A stretch of 47,189 bases of DNA, taken from positions 318,631 through 365,819 of the forward strand of contig NMRA01000456.1 in NCBI GenBank assembly GCA_002633005.1. Reading direction: 5' to 3'. This document shows positions 23,583 through 35,500 of this stretch, one piece after another (positions within the stretch are counted from its first letter, which is position 1; every line of letters starts with the position of its first letter). This stretch comes from Phoronis australis. Lineage: Eukaryota; Animalia; Phoronida. The position numbers and the translations under genes were made by a program. Below the pieces are notes generated by a model that was given only the letters and a program-made list of their open reading frames with translations, did not search any database and had not been told where the DNA came from.

Positions 23583-26500
23583 CTGCAAAAAGACAACGCG
23601 TAGTAAAATTCCAGAAACTGGTAAAATTTCTTGGATGTCTGTCACCGACAATGAAAGTAACATAGCTTTTTTATTCTAAAGTGGATCACGTGTGATTTGT
23701 GCCAGTGTTCATGATGTTTCTCATATTCGGACACCATACCTATTGGATAACAAGGTTAGAAATTACTGGTAACACGGCCTTATTACAGAGCGCTTTGGTG
23801 TAACTTAATCACACGGCCTGATGTCCGTTTATTTCGCATCAGTTCTGTCATCTCTGAATTGGTTGTATTTGAGAATTCAAGCGAGTTTGGTGCAATTGTG
23901 CTCACGTGACGTAAGCTCTTGGCAGAGTTTGGCTACAAAAAGCACTTGGCACGTTGAACACCCTCAGGATAGTCTTCGTAAGTCCTGTCCCCAAATTAAC
24001 AAACAGGTTAAAGATATACGGAAACAGAATGACGTCATGGTAAATTCCCGTGGGGACGCTCTAGTGTCACTGAAGATTTGAAGTATCAGTTATCTTGAAA
24101 TGCTTTCTGCGATGCCATCTTCCCCCATTTCTATTCGCCCCCCCCTCCCCCTGTCTATAATATTTTCTAGCTATTTTGATAAAAAAGTCTCATTTCTGTG
24201 TAAGTTTTACCTAAATAGATCTGCCTCGTTCTCTTTATAAAACTATTCGGAAAGACGTAACACCACGGTGTGTTGTCTGGCCCACTGGGTTAATACTATA
24301 GTTTGTAACTTTCCATCTTTGGAACACAGTTGTTTTATACGAGTTCGGTAGAGCCCCTGTACTTACCAATTTTGGATATGTGCTTCTCCATTTCAGATAA
24401 TTTTGACTTGAGTAAGTTGACTTGACCCATGACCTCAGATTCCAGAGCTGTGATTTGTCGCTTAAGAAAACTGAGGGCTTCAATCTAAGCAAGAAGACAG
24501 TCGCGAAAGTCATTCAAAGGCTTCTTGAAAGTTTGCGAATGAAATGCATCGTCATTATATACATGTACCCAAGGGAAATGATTCCAAAGTTGATTTCGTA
24601 TTCACTGTTTACTACGTATGTCAATTTGGTGGAAAGCGTTTGAGGCTTGTTCATACAGGAAAAATAAAGCAGCGATGTCGTTTCTAAAGTACTTCGAGGC
24701 AAGCACTGCTGCTTTTTATAGAGTTGTGAGCTACGTCAAAATCGCCAAAGTTAAAAATGAATAAACTATTAAAGTTTACGGCAGCGAATCCAGTCTTAGA
24801 AGCAATTGATAGACTCAACTTGGTTCATTGTGTGAATAGTTTAAAATTAGAACGCTATGGGGCGTACCTCAGAGATGTACTTCTGAGAAAAACCGCACTG
24901 GTGTATCCTGGTTCAAAAAGTTGTCAAAATTTCATATCACGGCAATTCGCATATCGGAAACGTTATCTTGGCGAATGTATATCAGTTTTCCGTACAAGTT
25001 CGATTTTCCTTCTTGTGTGTCTATCATACCGTTTATTTGATGACTACGACACACTGGTCGCCATGTATTGTGAGATATTTCGTCGTTAATGGCTATTGCA
25101 AAGTGTTTAGTAAAAAAGATACTGCGGAGTGGGCCAGTTTTGTCAACTTAGCCACTTACATCTTTGCGAGTAATACAACTTACATTAGTATTGCCGGGTT
25201 CTCCCTTAGCTCCCGGGAACCCACTTTCGCCTTTAGCACCTATAATGCCTGGTTCACCCTTCTCGCCTTTCGGACCTGGCTCTCCAGGACGGCCGGGTAT
25301 TCCCTGAAGGCCTGGCAACCCTGGTCTGCCGGCTGGTCCCCGTGGTCCTCTGACAGCTAGCGATCCGCTCCCACCGCCACGGCCTGGTGGTCCGCGTGGA
25401 CCCGGGAGTCCGCGAGGCCCACGCAGTTGTTCCATTCTGGGAAGGTCTTCCCGAAGTTGCTTTAAGAGGATGTTACGTAGTTCGGCCGTTATTCTCTCAA
25501 CGGACGGGTCACGGCCTGGAGGACCGCGCGGTCCCGGTATACCCCGCGGACCAGGCCTCCCAGGCGGCCCTGTTGATCCTGCCGGACACTGACAGTGTTG
25601 GCGTGAATGCCTTTGTTGAGTCAGCCTCGTGAAGTAATCAACCTATGTTTATAAAACATAATTGTTACTCAAACACGGAAACATTAATTAGAAAATTTGG
25701 CCTTTTTAGACTAGTAAATCAAGCGCTACTATGACGCCGCTGTATGCTTAGGCACACTTTCCGGGAAAATAAGATGTTTCGATCTTTTGGAATACAAAAA
25801 TGAAATCCGTGATGTCGTATATCTGCATAAATTTGCATCTTTCTGTGTTGTTTGTCAACGTCATTAGTGCACGCTTGCGACATACTTTAACAAGTTCATG
25901 CCGCTGTAAAAAGTAATCACCGGCGTAGTAACTTTTTTGCGTGTGTGAGACATCTCGGTAATTGTCAATGTCGATTTTGTTCGGTAAATGGTCAAGAACA
26001 GCACACCAAATGAGCATTTTATGTGGTTTGCAGGGAAAACTAGGTGATTCTACGGGCTAAATTGTGAACGACCGGGAGAATGGGTGACGAGGACAAATTT
26101 GTTGAAGACCGCGAGAGGGACGAGAGAGTTTGCACTGTAAAATAGCTATTGCAGCCACGGTTGGAGTAAGGGTGAAGTGAGTGACTACAGTATATGAAGA
26201 AGGCGTAGGAGAAATTCGTGGCTTCTGTTTTGGAAACTTTAGTACGATTCAAACAATCTGCGATGTACCTTTCTTTGTAAATCGTTCATTTTCTTATTGA
26301 ATTCTCCATACAAGTTTGTGCCATAGGATAGTTCGATTGCGTTCGAGTCTCGAAGCAGTGTACGGCCATTGGAGTTTCTGCGGTCTGCCTGTTGGCTTGA
26401 TGTTTCGAATCGTCTACCGTTGGTGGTTGGTCGACGTTTGTGTTGACTGGTAATGAGGACTCCCCCTCGTGGCAGTCTTGGAGTTGGGGGCGGGACTTGG

Positions 26501-29500
26501 CTTTCTGTTTGTGTCCCAAATCCTGAAGTACAGAAGACGTTGTTTATTGCACACGCTGTATCAAATTTAATATCCCCGGAAGGCGACTTTTTACCCACCA
26601 TTCATTCCGTTCCAGCAGAATCAGTTTTGTTTATCATATTTGTCATTTGTTATTCGCCCGAAAAGGTCATTTCCTTTTGGTAATGCTTGAAAACACTGCT
26701 GTCAACGGCCATGATAACGCAATATTCATTATTTCAAGACACTGGTGTTTATCTTTAAGGCTTACGTAAACATAGCAATAAACATTTTTACTTTTAAAAA
26801 ATTCAACACTTGTTGCTCGTAACATACCGAATAAACAAACACTTTGTTCCGCCAGACCCAGCATAAACTACTTGACGATCAATGAGTGGCAATCATCCAG
26901 CGCCTATTTCTCGCCAATGTCTACTGGTGGTGGTGGTGTATTCGGAACTAAGTAATTCTACATAAAGATTGTAAAGCGCCTTTTTGGCGTATTTTGTACT
27001 CTTACAATGTACACACTGGAACAATTTTAGTTACAGTTTTGCTTGAGTTACTGTTTTGCATGTCCAGATGTCTCTCCATAAGCGGCGCAGCAGTGAAAAA
27101 TGGTTTAGCCCCCTTAGCCCCCGCTTATATAGACCACTGATGATGTGCGGCGTATCACTGAAAAAGTGAGAGGGCTATAGCCCCCCTCCCCCAGCCCCGC
27201 TGCCCATGCTCTCAAGACCAGATAATTTACAGCTGGAACCCTACCATACAGCTAGCACCCTACTTTACAACTAGAACCCTACCTTACAGCCGTACTAGAC
27301 TTTTTGTTCTCTTGTCTGATAATAGTCCTTACTATGACAGGGTTCTATTTCCGAAGCTATCAGCGACTTAAGAAAACGCTTCAGACTTTGTTATGGTTGG
27401 CCAAGTTTAAAATTGCGAATTTGAAAATGACTCGTGTACCTATTGCCTGTGACTGAGTATGATACCGATTTTACGAGAGTAAAACTGACGAAACCTGCCG
27501 CAAATAAACTTAAGTAACCCATTTGTATTTTTATACTTACCCGCAATCTTCTTTTCACAATCGTTACCAAAGTAACCAGGGCAGCAGCGCCATCTGTTTT
27601 CGGTTTTCAATTTGTATACTGTTCGATAAGACGGTCGTTGCATCAACCTAAAAAGAATATTTTACGAAACATAGTTGTAGACAAGATCAACGGAACGCAC
27701 CGGGAATTTGATCAACAACACTGTCGTGTCCTTAATATTTCAAATAGTGGTCTAATATTACGTGAATAAACTTGTGCATCATTTAAAGGCACGGGTGGTT
27801 GTCCTTAGAACGAACACGAGCTTTACTGAATGTCTTGTGGTCAATTCTCCGTACTCTTACTTTAGTCGAAACATTTCAACCTCTACTTTCGCTCCCTGGT
27901 CGCCACCGCTTTTGCCCCTTCCCCCGGTCTCCACCTGTTGCATCACTATACTCCGCGGTCGTCGCGAAACGCCGACATTCATTAGCTTCCCGGTACATCC
28001 TCATTGAACTCTTACGTGTAGACTGCAAAGCGAATCATTTCAGTTTGATTTTGGTAGCAGTCGCTCGCCCAGCTGACACCGCTTCCTACGTCTTTATCCC
28101 GTGCTACCCGGTCTTTAGTTTATTATCAGGTGCGAACCCATCTGTGTAGGTAAGTGCGATTTTTACGAGAAAAAATAAATAATTAGACGAAATGAAAAAC
28201 TTAAATAGCGTTTTTGGGATTTCATCCTGAAGGTTTATATCAAACGAAATTTGTCTATGTTATTGAAACCGTTGTTTTTATGTGAATGTACATTTCTTTT
28301 TTGCTAAATTTTACAAAAAGACTTGACCTCGTGACCAACTTGATGGCAGAAATCAAATTCTGCAGGCTTACTTCTTTCACAAACTATATGCTTTAATCTA
28401 CAGTGTTGTAGATATTTGTCCAAATACAAGGTGTCCACGAATTTATGATACCGGATAAAGTGAGTAGACCTTTTATGTAAACAACATATATATAAACCAT
28501 ACATTTCTGGAAACTAGAGAAGATAAGAAATCTAATAATGAAAACTACAAGTCTCTAGCTCTACTGGCTACAAAGTAATCGTCATTTAGATAATATGCTC
28601 CAGATGGGAGCCCTTCTGCTGGAGGCACACTTGGATTCTCCGAGCAAAGTGATTCATGACCCTGCAGTACTCCTCCTTTGATACAGCTTAGATTTCTCTG
28701 GTGATTGCTTCCTTGAGATCTGGAATGGTTCTGGGGTTGTCCTTGTATACCTTTTCCTTCAGATATCCCCATAAGTAAAAATCTGGATGTTCAGATCAGG
28801 GGAATGAGGCGCCCATTCTGGATTGCGCCCACGGCTGATGAGACGACCAGGGAATTTGCTGTCCAGTCACTCCAGAGTGACGGTGGCTGTATGAGGGGTA
28901 GCCCCATCCTGCTGGAACCACTCTATATTCCTCCTCACCCTGTTTACACCTCTTCTATTTCTAATTCTTCCCAAAACCTGTAGAGGATCTCCAGGTAGCG
29001 TCCACTGGTTAACGGAGTGATTTCTTGGGACTATGTCCCACTGACTCTTGTAGTCTAGCAATATTTTCTGGAGATCTTACAGTAAGTGTTCTGCCAACTC
29101 TGCTACGAGACTTCTCCCCCGTATCACTCATTGTCCCTACAGTCTCAAATTTATTTACCCAGCGATAGTTCTGCATTTTGTGGGGTATTTGTTACGATCG
29201 TATTTTGGCGAAACTGAGCGATTGAATATTTGAAGGATTTTTTTTTCATTTTTTTCAACCACGCAGAGAATTTTTAGTTCTTTGGTGAATGGCATTCTTG
29301 ATAGGTGATAGGTTTCTTAACTTCTCAGCTCCTTAAATCTGATGCAGAAAGTGAAAATGTTAAAAAATAAAAAGTTAGAAGCATTTTAGTCGGTATCATA
29401 AAGTCGTGGACACCCTGTACATAGAGTTGTTGATCAGGTGCGGTGTACCAAGTGGGACTTCACATTTACAACGGAGGCATGTAAAGAAATGGTTATTATA

Positions 29501-32500
29501 GCAGTAAAAACTATACCTTGTGTATGCATTTTTAAAAGGTGTATTTACCCACTCTCTTAAGAAGAAGATCCACTTGCCTTTGTGTTCTGCACTTTCGACA
29601 GTAGCGCCAGATAGGTCTGCGTTCTGTGTATACCCACCCTTATAAGAAGCACCCATTACGTTTGTGTCGTAAAAAGCACCCTGATGTTTGTGTCCCACAA
29701 ACGTGCCGCCTTCGTAAGAAAGTCCATTTAAGTTAGAGTTCTGCAAATACCAACCCTCGTATAGTTCAATCCATGCTTTTGTTTTCAATTTTAAAATTTG
29801 ACCAAATTGTAATAATGATGTAAAGCAATACCTACTGTTGTTTTTTACAAGGGTACGTGTAGCCACCGGCGTATTGACACGTCGTCCAATCAACGTGCAT
29901 GTATGTTTTAGTCCCGTGCCTTTCTTTGGTAGAGACGCGTGTTGTGACGGGATACCTGCACCATCGCCTATAAAGGAAAGTTTCATATTATTGTATGTAG
30001 CCTTGTATGACAGCGAAACACCTAAAGGCAATAAAAACGAAAGAAGGTCCTTGTATTGTTGTTGGTACATTTGAAGCGTGGTGCAAAAGTACTTTGGACG
30101 CCTACCCGTCATTTAATAAAAATTTCCTATTGTTTAATAATTGCATTTCCTAATCAGACATTTAGGTGGAGCACCGATGCCAGAGAAGACATGTTTCCTC
30201 AAAACAAATTCCTCAATTTTTTCAGTTCCTCTGCAGGAGTCCAGGTGGTTCCCCGACGTAGGGAGAACAATGCGAAATTGAATAAGACTAAAATTAAAAT
30301 AGTTTGTATGACTAGGGTTTTCAAAGGTATCTTTGTTTTGAACTGTTTCGTAAAAGTGAAATGCCAAGTGCCGCATGATTTTTTGATCGTGCAATTCTAG
30401 ACACTTATTCGATTGTTTAATTAAAGGCATGCCCTATTTCGAGTTAATGTTTTTAAGAATATCAAAAAGTCATACTCAGTATCTATTATGAAGCATGCGC
30501 TGCGATGTCCCCTTAAAGAGTAATGAATCTCGGCTAAATATATGACTTGAGGAGACAAACATAGTAGACAAAACTCAGTTCAACGAGACATCTCACCTAC
30601 AGCACATTCTATAAAGAGACAACAGTATAGTTTCGTGCCATGTGACGTCATGAACAGACAACTTTGATAAGTCTATGTGGGTCTGAGCCGACTTAACCTT
30701 CTTCCCTTTTTATGCAACCACATATTTACATGTGGGCACTTTATGCCGTCAGCTCTGTCCTTCCGTCCGTCCGTCTGTCCGTCCGTTGTGCCGTATCTCC
30801 AAAACCCCTTTATGTATGTTCACGACAAATTTTGTTGATGTGTTCCGTTCGCGGGTGGGACGGCATAAGCGAATTTTCGAACGTATCTAACTAGCAGTGT
30901 GCCCCCTAGTAGCAATTATATGTTTTCTGTTTTCCTCTGTATCTCTTGAGTTCTTTTATTTTGATGGATTTTTATGAAATTTGGATAATTGGTTTCTGTT
31001 AGTGAGGCGATGACACATTTTCGTTTACAGATGAATTTGGCGTAGTGTACTTCTCCTAGTGGCCGTTTTTTTCAGTTCTATTTTAGTCGTCCACCGGCCA
31101 AACCACTCTAAGAATCGTTATCAAAATTGGTAAATGTGTTCCTGCTAGTAAGAGCGAGGTTGACGATTTTTGGACAGATTGGCTATTGTGGCGCCCCCTT
31201 TGGCAGTTTTTTATTTACATCCGCAGCTGTTTCTTTCTGCAGGATCTTCTTGAAACGTGGCAAATGTGTCGGACAACAGATGACGACGTTTGGACGTTTC
31301 TGACTTTCACTAGATGGTAGATGTAGAATTGGAGACACTGTGCCATATTTATGTTACCACATGAAGTAATGAAATTTAACCTTGTTACAAAATCTTATTC
31401 CACGAAACGCTAGTGTAAGATTTCCTGGCAATTATACGTACCACTTGATTTTAATAAACAGATTTAACTTTAAGCAAGCAAATAAAAGCCTAGTTTACAA
31501 TGGGATCCGGAACTTACTTAGTTAAAACGGCACTTCCCATGCACTGGGGAATGTCGTCACAGAAACTCCACAAACAAAGATTGGCGAACACATGTACGTC
31601 AAACCGGCAGACATTTCCTGTCTTCGTCCATGTGACTGCATTAATTTTTTCTTGAGGTGGAAATCGCTTAACTGCTGTTTTTTCCTCATATAACGCTTGA
31701 AAGTAAACTTCACCCATTTTAGGTGCAATTCCATTCAGAACCAGACCTCGTCTGTCCGTGTTTAGACCAAAAGAAACTATTTCACCCCACTTGAGCTTCG
31801 TTTAACGATCGTTTTCCCTTGCCATTAGCCGGCCACAGACATGTTCTGATTTCTGTGACTGAGTAGAAAACCCTATTTGTTTATAAGTAATTGCAATAAG
31901 CGTAAAGGTATCATGTCAAGCGAGGCCATGTGTTGATCAATGATGAAATCGTCTCGGATGAGAGTTGGACACTGTTCGAACTGACTGCACTGTTGGAAGG
32001 TCTGTCATTCTGGAACCCCACCCATGCGCTCAAGGTTTCAATTTCCACCAGCTGCTGCCCTAGCAAGATTTTCGTCTTTAGCTGCCACAATTTTTTGGCT
32101 GTTTTCAACCTCTTAAACGCATGTACACGTCATAACCACCATCACTTTTAAGTATGAAACGGGATGAAGCTTCAGCACTTACAAATACGTCTTTTACACT
32201 GGACGCCACTAAAGATTTATTCGGCACTAATGTTTTTGCGACCATGCCATTCCAACGCAGATTGTGGGGAGGTAATGCTGGGTGTTGTGATGAACTTAGT
32301 TAACAGCTACTAACAATAGATTGTAAAGCCTTGTTGGCATTATTGGTTTTCGTTTGGTGAATGCTGTTAAGTTCGCAGGACTCTGGCGTTATTTAAAAAA
32401 TGCCCGGCGTTTATGAGTAACAGGTTTGTTGCAAACACAGAGCCAGGCATTTTCATTGAAAGTATGCCAAACTGGAATTGTCGGGAGCAAGCTTTTGGAG

Positions 32501-35500
32501 GTGTTTGTATGTTACATTTGATCGTTTGTCCATTTAGAAATTTAAGCTAGTTTATGTTCGCACTTGAGAGCGGAAAGTCTTTTTCAATTCCAGTTGGTAA
32601 TTCGTACAAGACGAAACATTTTCCTGTGTCCAATCATTTTAGCTACGCACGTTCTCAGGATATATACGTCCCGACAGCTTGGGTGAGATAATTACTTTCA
32701 ATGTTAGTGAATAGCTTCTGAATCACTGGTGCACATTGCATTTTTCAAACATGGAAATGGTCAATCGGTTAATTATTGGTATGGCAACGCTTCGTTATTT
32801 GAGGTACACAAACATCAGGAGTCCAAATAATTTGTGAATGCAGAGAAATCGAAAAACAATTTTACCAATTAACCCCCAAATGATCTGCTTTCAATGTCAA
32901 TCACATTGTAGTGAAGTCTGAATGCGAGAGAACTTGACCGCCCATGAATACAGATTTAAATTAAGATACTTCAAATATGAGTTGAAACAAAGGCTTGGAC
33001 ATTTTTGGCGCAACTTGTGTGGCGTTAAACTAAACAGTAGCTCTCTGTATGGGACATTGTTTCTCATTGACTAGTGTAAGCGTCATTAGCTACTCATTAA
33101 CTAATGAGCGTGATATTTAGTAATTAACCTATAACGATCCAATTAGATACCTCGTTATCATATGGCAAGTTCAAAGAGAATACCAACTTAAAAACATAAA
33201 TAACTTTGTTAATTTGCAATTTTAAACTTGCTAACGCCCAAGCAGAGGCCAGTAGCAGTTTCTGATGACTGGTATGTGCTTTATTGTTTCTTACTGTTTA
33301 GAAGACACATTGAGTTTTAACCAGCTAACGAAAAGTGAACAATTCAGTTGGAATACGGCCACAGTTCTGAGCTGAAATGTACGCAACCACACACACACAT
33401 ACATGCACAATATTTAAAGCTGCTCTAAACCCACGTTCTGTGTACACAACCACACACGCGCGCGCGCGTGCACGCACACACGCACACAATGCACAATATT
33501 TAAAGCTGCTCTAAACCCACCTTCTGTGTACACAACCACACACGCACGCACGCACGCGCGCGCACACACAATGCACAATATTTAAAGCTGCTCTAAACCC
33601 ACCTTCTGTGTACACACACACACACACGCGCGCGAGCGCGTGCGCACACACACAAACAATATTTAAAGCTGCTTTAAAACCGCCTGCTGTGGCAGAAACT
33701 GTTGGTTTACACCATTTACCGCTATAAAATCGATCTTATTCAACTTGTTCCTTACTCAAATGAGAATTGAGTCTTCACTCTTGCGAAGAACTGCCTGTTC
33801 AATGTTGCTCGAAACAAGCGCCGACAAGTCAATATATGTAGAGCCTCGTCTCCATCAACAACGACCTGTCAGGTCTTTCAAAACCAGAAATCACATCTAT
33901 TTTGACTACCTGTGAGACCAGTTTCATAACGCAAAGTGGTCTAAATCATAAGTTACGGGGTTCATAGTCGCTATAGAGGATGATGAAAACTAATGTATTG
34001 AATGTGAATGTCATCTTGGTAAGTGCGAGAATGTTTTTAGCTATGAATATTCGATAGTAATACAGTTTTCAGTTAGACATGGTCGTCGTTCGGGGTGTCC
34101 ATCGTGAAGCGAGGACATACTCGACAGTGTTTACCTAAGCATCAAATGCGTCACATAGCATTTGCCGTGCGGAGGAAAAGCTAGTGTTTGAGTTACTTGA
34201 AACTACTTTACCATCAACTTTCCGTTAAGTCGTAGTCTTCAGATAACCTTAAAGCTCAGGAACTTCCGAGTAACTCAGTCTGCTCGTCTAGACCGAGCAC
34301 GATTTTTGGCGTTCAGCCGAACTGCCCATGTTTATCATATTCCCAATGGAACGTATATTCTAGTGTATATTTTGGGGCTGGTATTTAGATCTTGGTTTTA
34401 GTTGTTTACGTTGCAGATTTGATAAGCGAAAACAAAACAAAATCGTTAGCAAACTGAGATTGTTACGCTTTACATATGCCAAGATACCCAAAAAGTGACT
34501 AACGTAAATGAAAAATCGTGCCAATACAAATAAAAATGTACGTACTAGAAGCTCCAGATTCCGTACGAAGCCAACAAAACGAAATATGAGAATATTCAGC
34601 GCCTTTCACGCTCCTTCCCAGCTCATAAATTAAATACTCGACTGCAGCATTTAGAGTACGAAATTACTTAGGCATTCGCTGGCTCAACAAGAAAATTTAC
34701 TGATCTCATTTAGTAGCAGTGTAAGTACAGTACAGTAAAATAAAATAATCGTTGGAATTTCAAACATTGATTTGACTGAGTGACGATAATCTCTGAGGTA
34801 GTTATTTGTTTGTTTAGAAACATGAAAACAAAAATAATTACATTTTGAGTCTGTCACCCAGGCAGTGATTCAACTCCTGAGACAAGCTATATGATTACCG
34901 CTTTGCTGCTTCGCTTTAAGTTATTCGGGGAGTCATTCTCGGAATATTTAATTTCATACGTGGTATACATATTTGTCTGTTTTGTCTGTTTTAAATGTAT
35001 CGTTAAATATTAGGCCTTTAGTATTGTTTAGAGCACAACTGAAACTTTCGATGCTCTTTTCCAAAAATTGGTGATTTCGATGTTTATCGACTTGGGGCAG
35101 AATACCTAATACCACGGCTCCATTTCACTAAATAAACGCCCTAGGAAAAAAATGGACAAAAGCAGATTATTCACACCGACTTCCAATATGCCAGTTCATT
35201 AGCTTTGTTATTGTAATGTCCTCAGTGAACATTACGACAGCCGCTTGGGTAATTGGAAACTAAAACTTTAATCAGCTTTAATTACTAAGACGTCTTGAAA
35301 CGATATCATGGTGCCTGTGCCACAGTCGTTAAAGCCATCATTTCAATGGCGAATTTAGAGAACAGTTTTTAATGAAAACTGTAAGCAAAAATGCCAAAAA
35401 AGCATTTAAAGAAGAGCATTGCAATGATTGAAAATACGAAGGCGTAACATCAGTCCAATAGTATGTGATGAGTATTCACGTGAACTTGTCACGGTACAGA

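Noticed and set aside
23912-23995. Possible extra minus-strand exon between exon 6 and the terminal exon
   Set aside because: Weak acceptor, and inclusion shifts the terminal exon into an early stop.
27861-28140. GC-richer segment with GTAAG donors in intron 2 of the EMI-collagen gene
   Set aside because: All candidate acceptor-donor frames contain stops or lack EMI features.
31518-31717. Cys-containing ORF (GNVCRF...CLWSFC...QC) with a phase-2 GTAAGT donor as EMI exon 2
   Set aside because: No phase-compatible acceptor found, and 29836-29967 fits the EMI pattern and phases far better; an alternative first exon is possible but unsupported.
33378-33690. Constant repeat plus variable 'spacer' as a CRISPR-like array
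   Set aside because: The variable parts are simple CA/CG microsatellites, not unique spacers.
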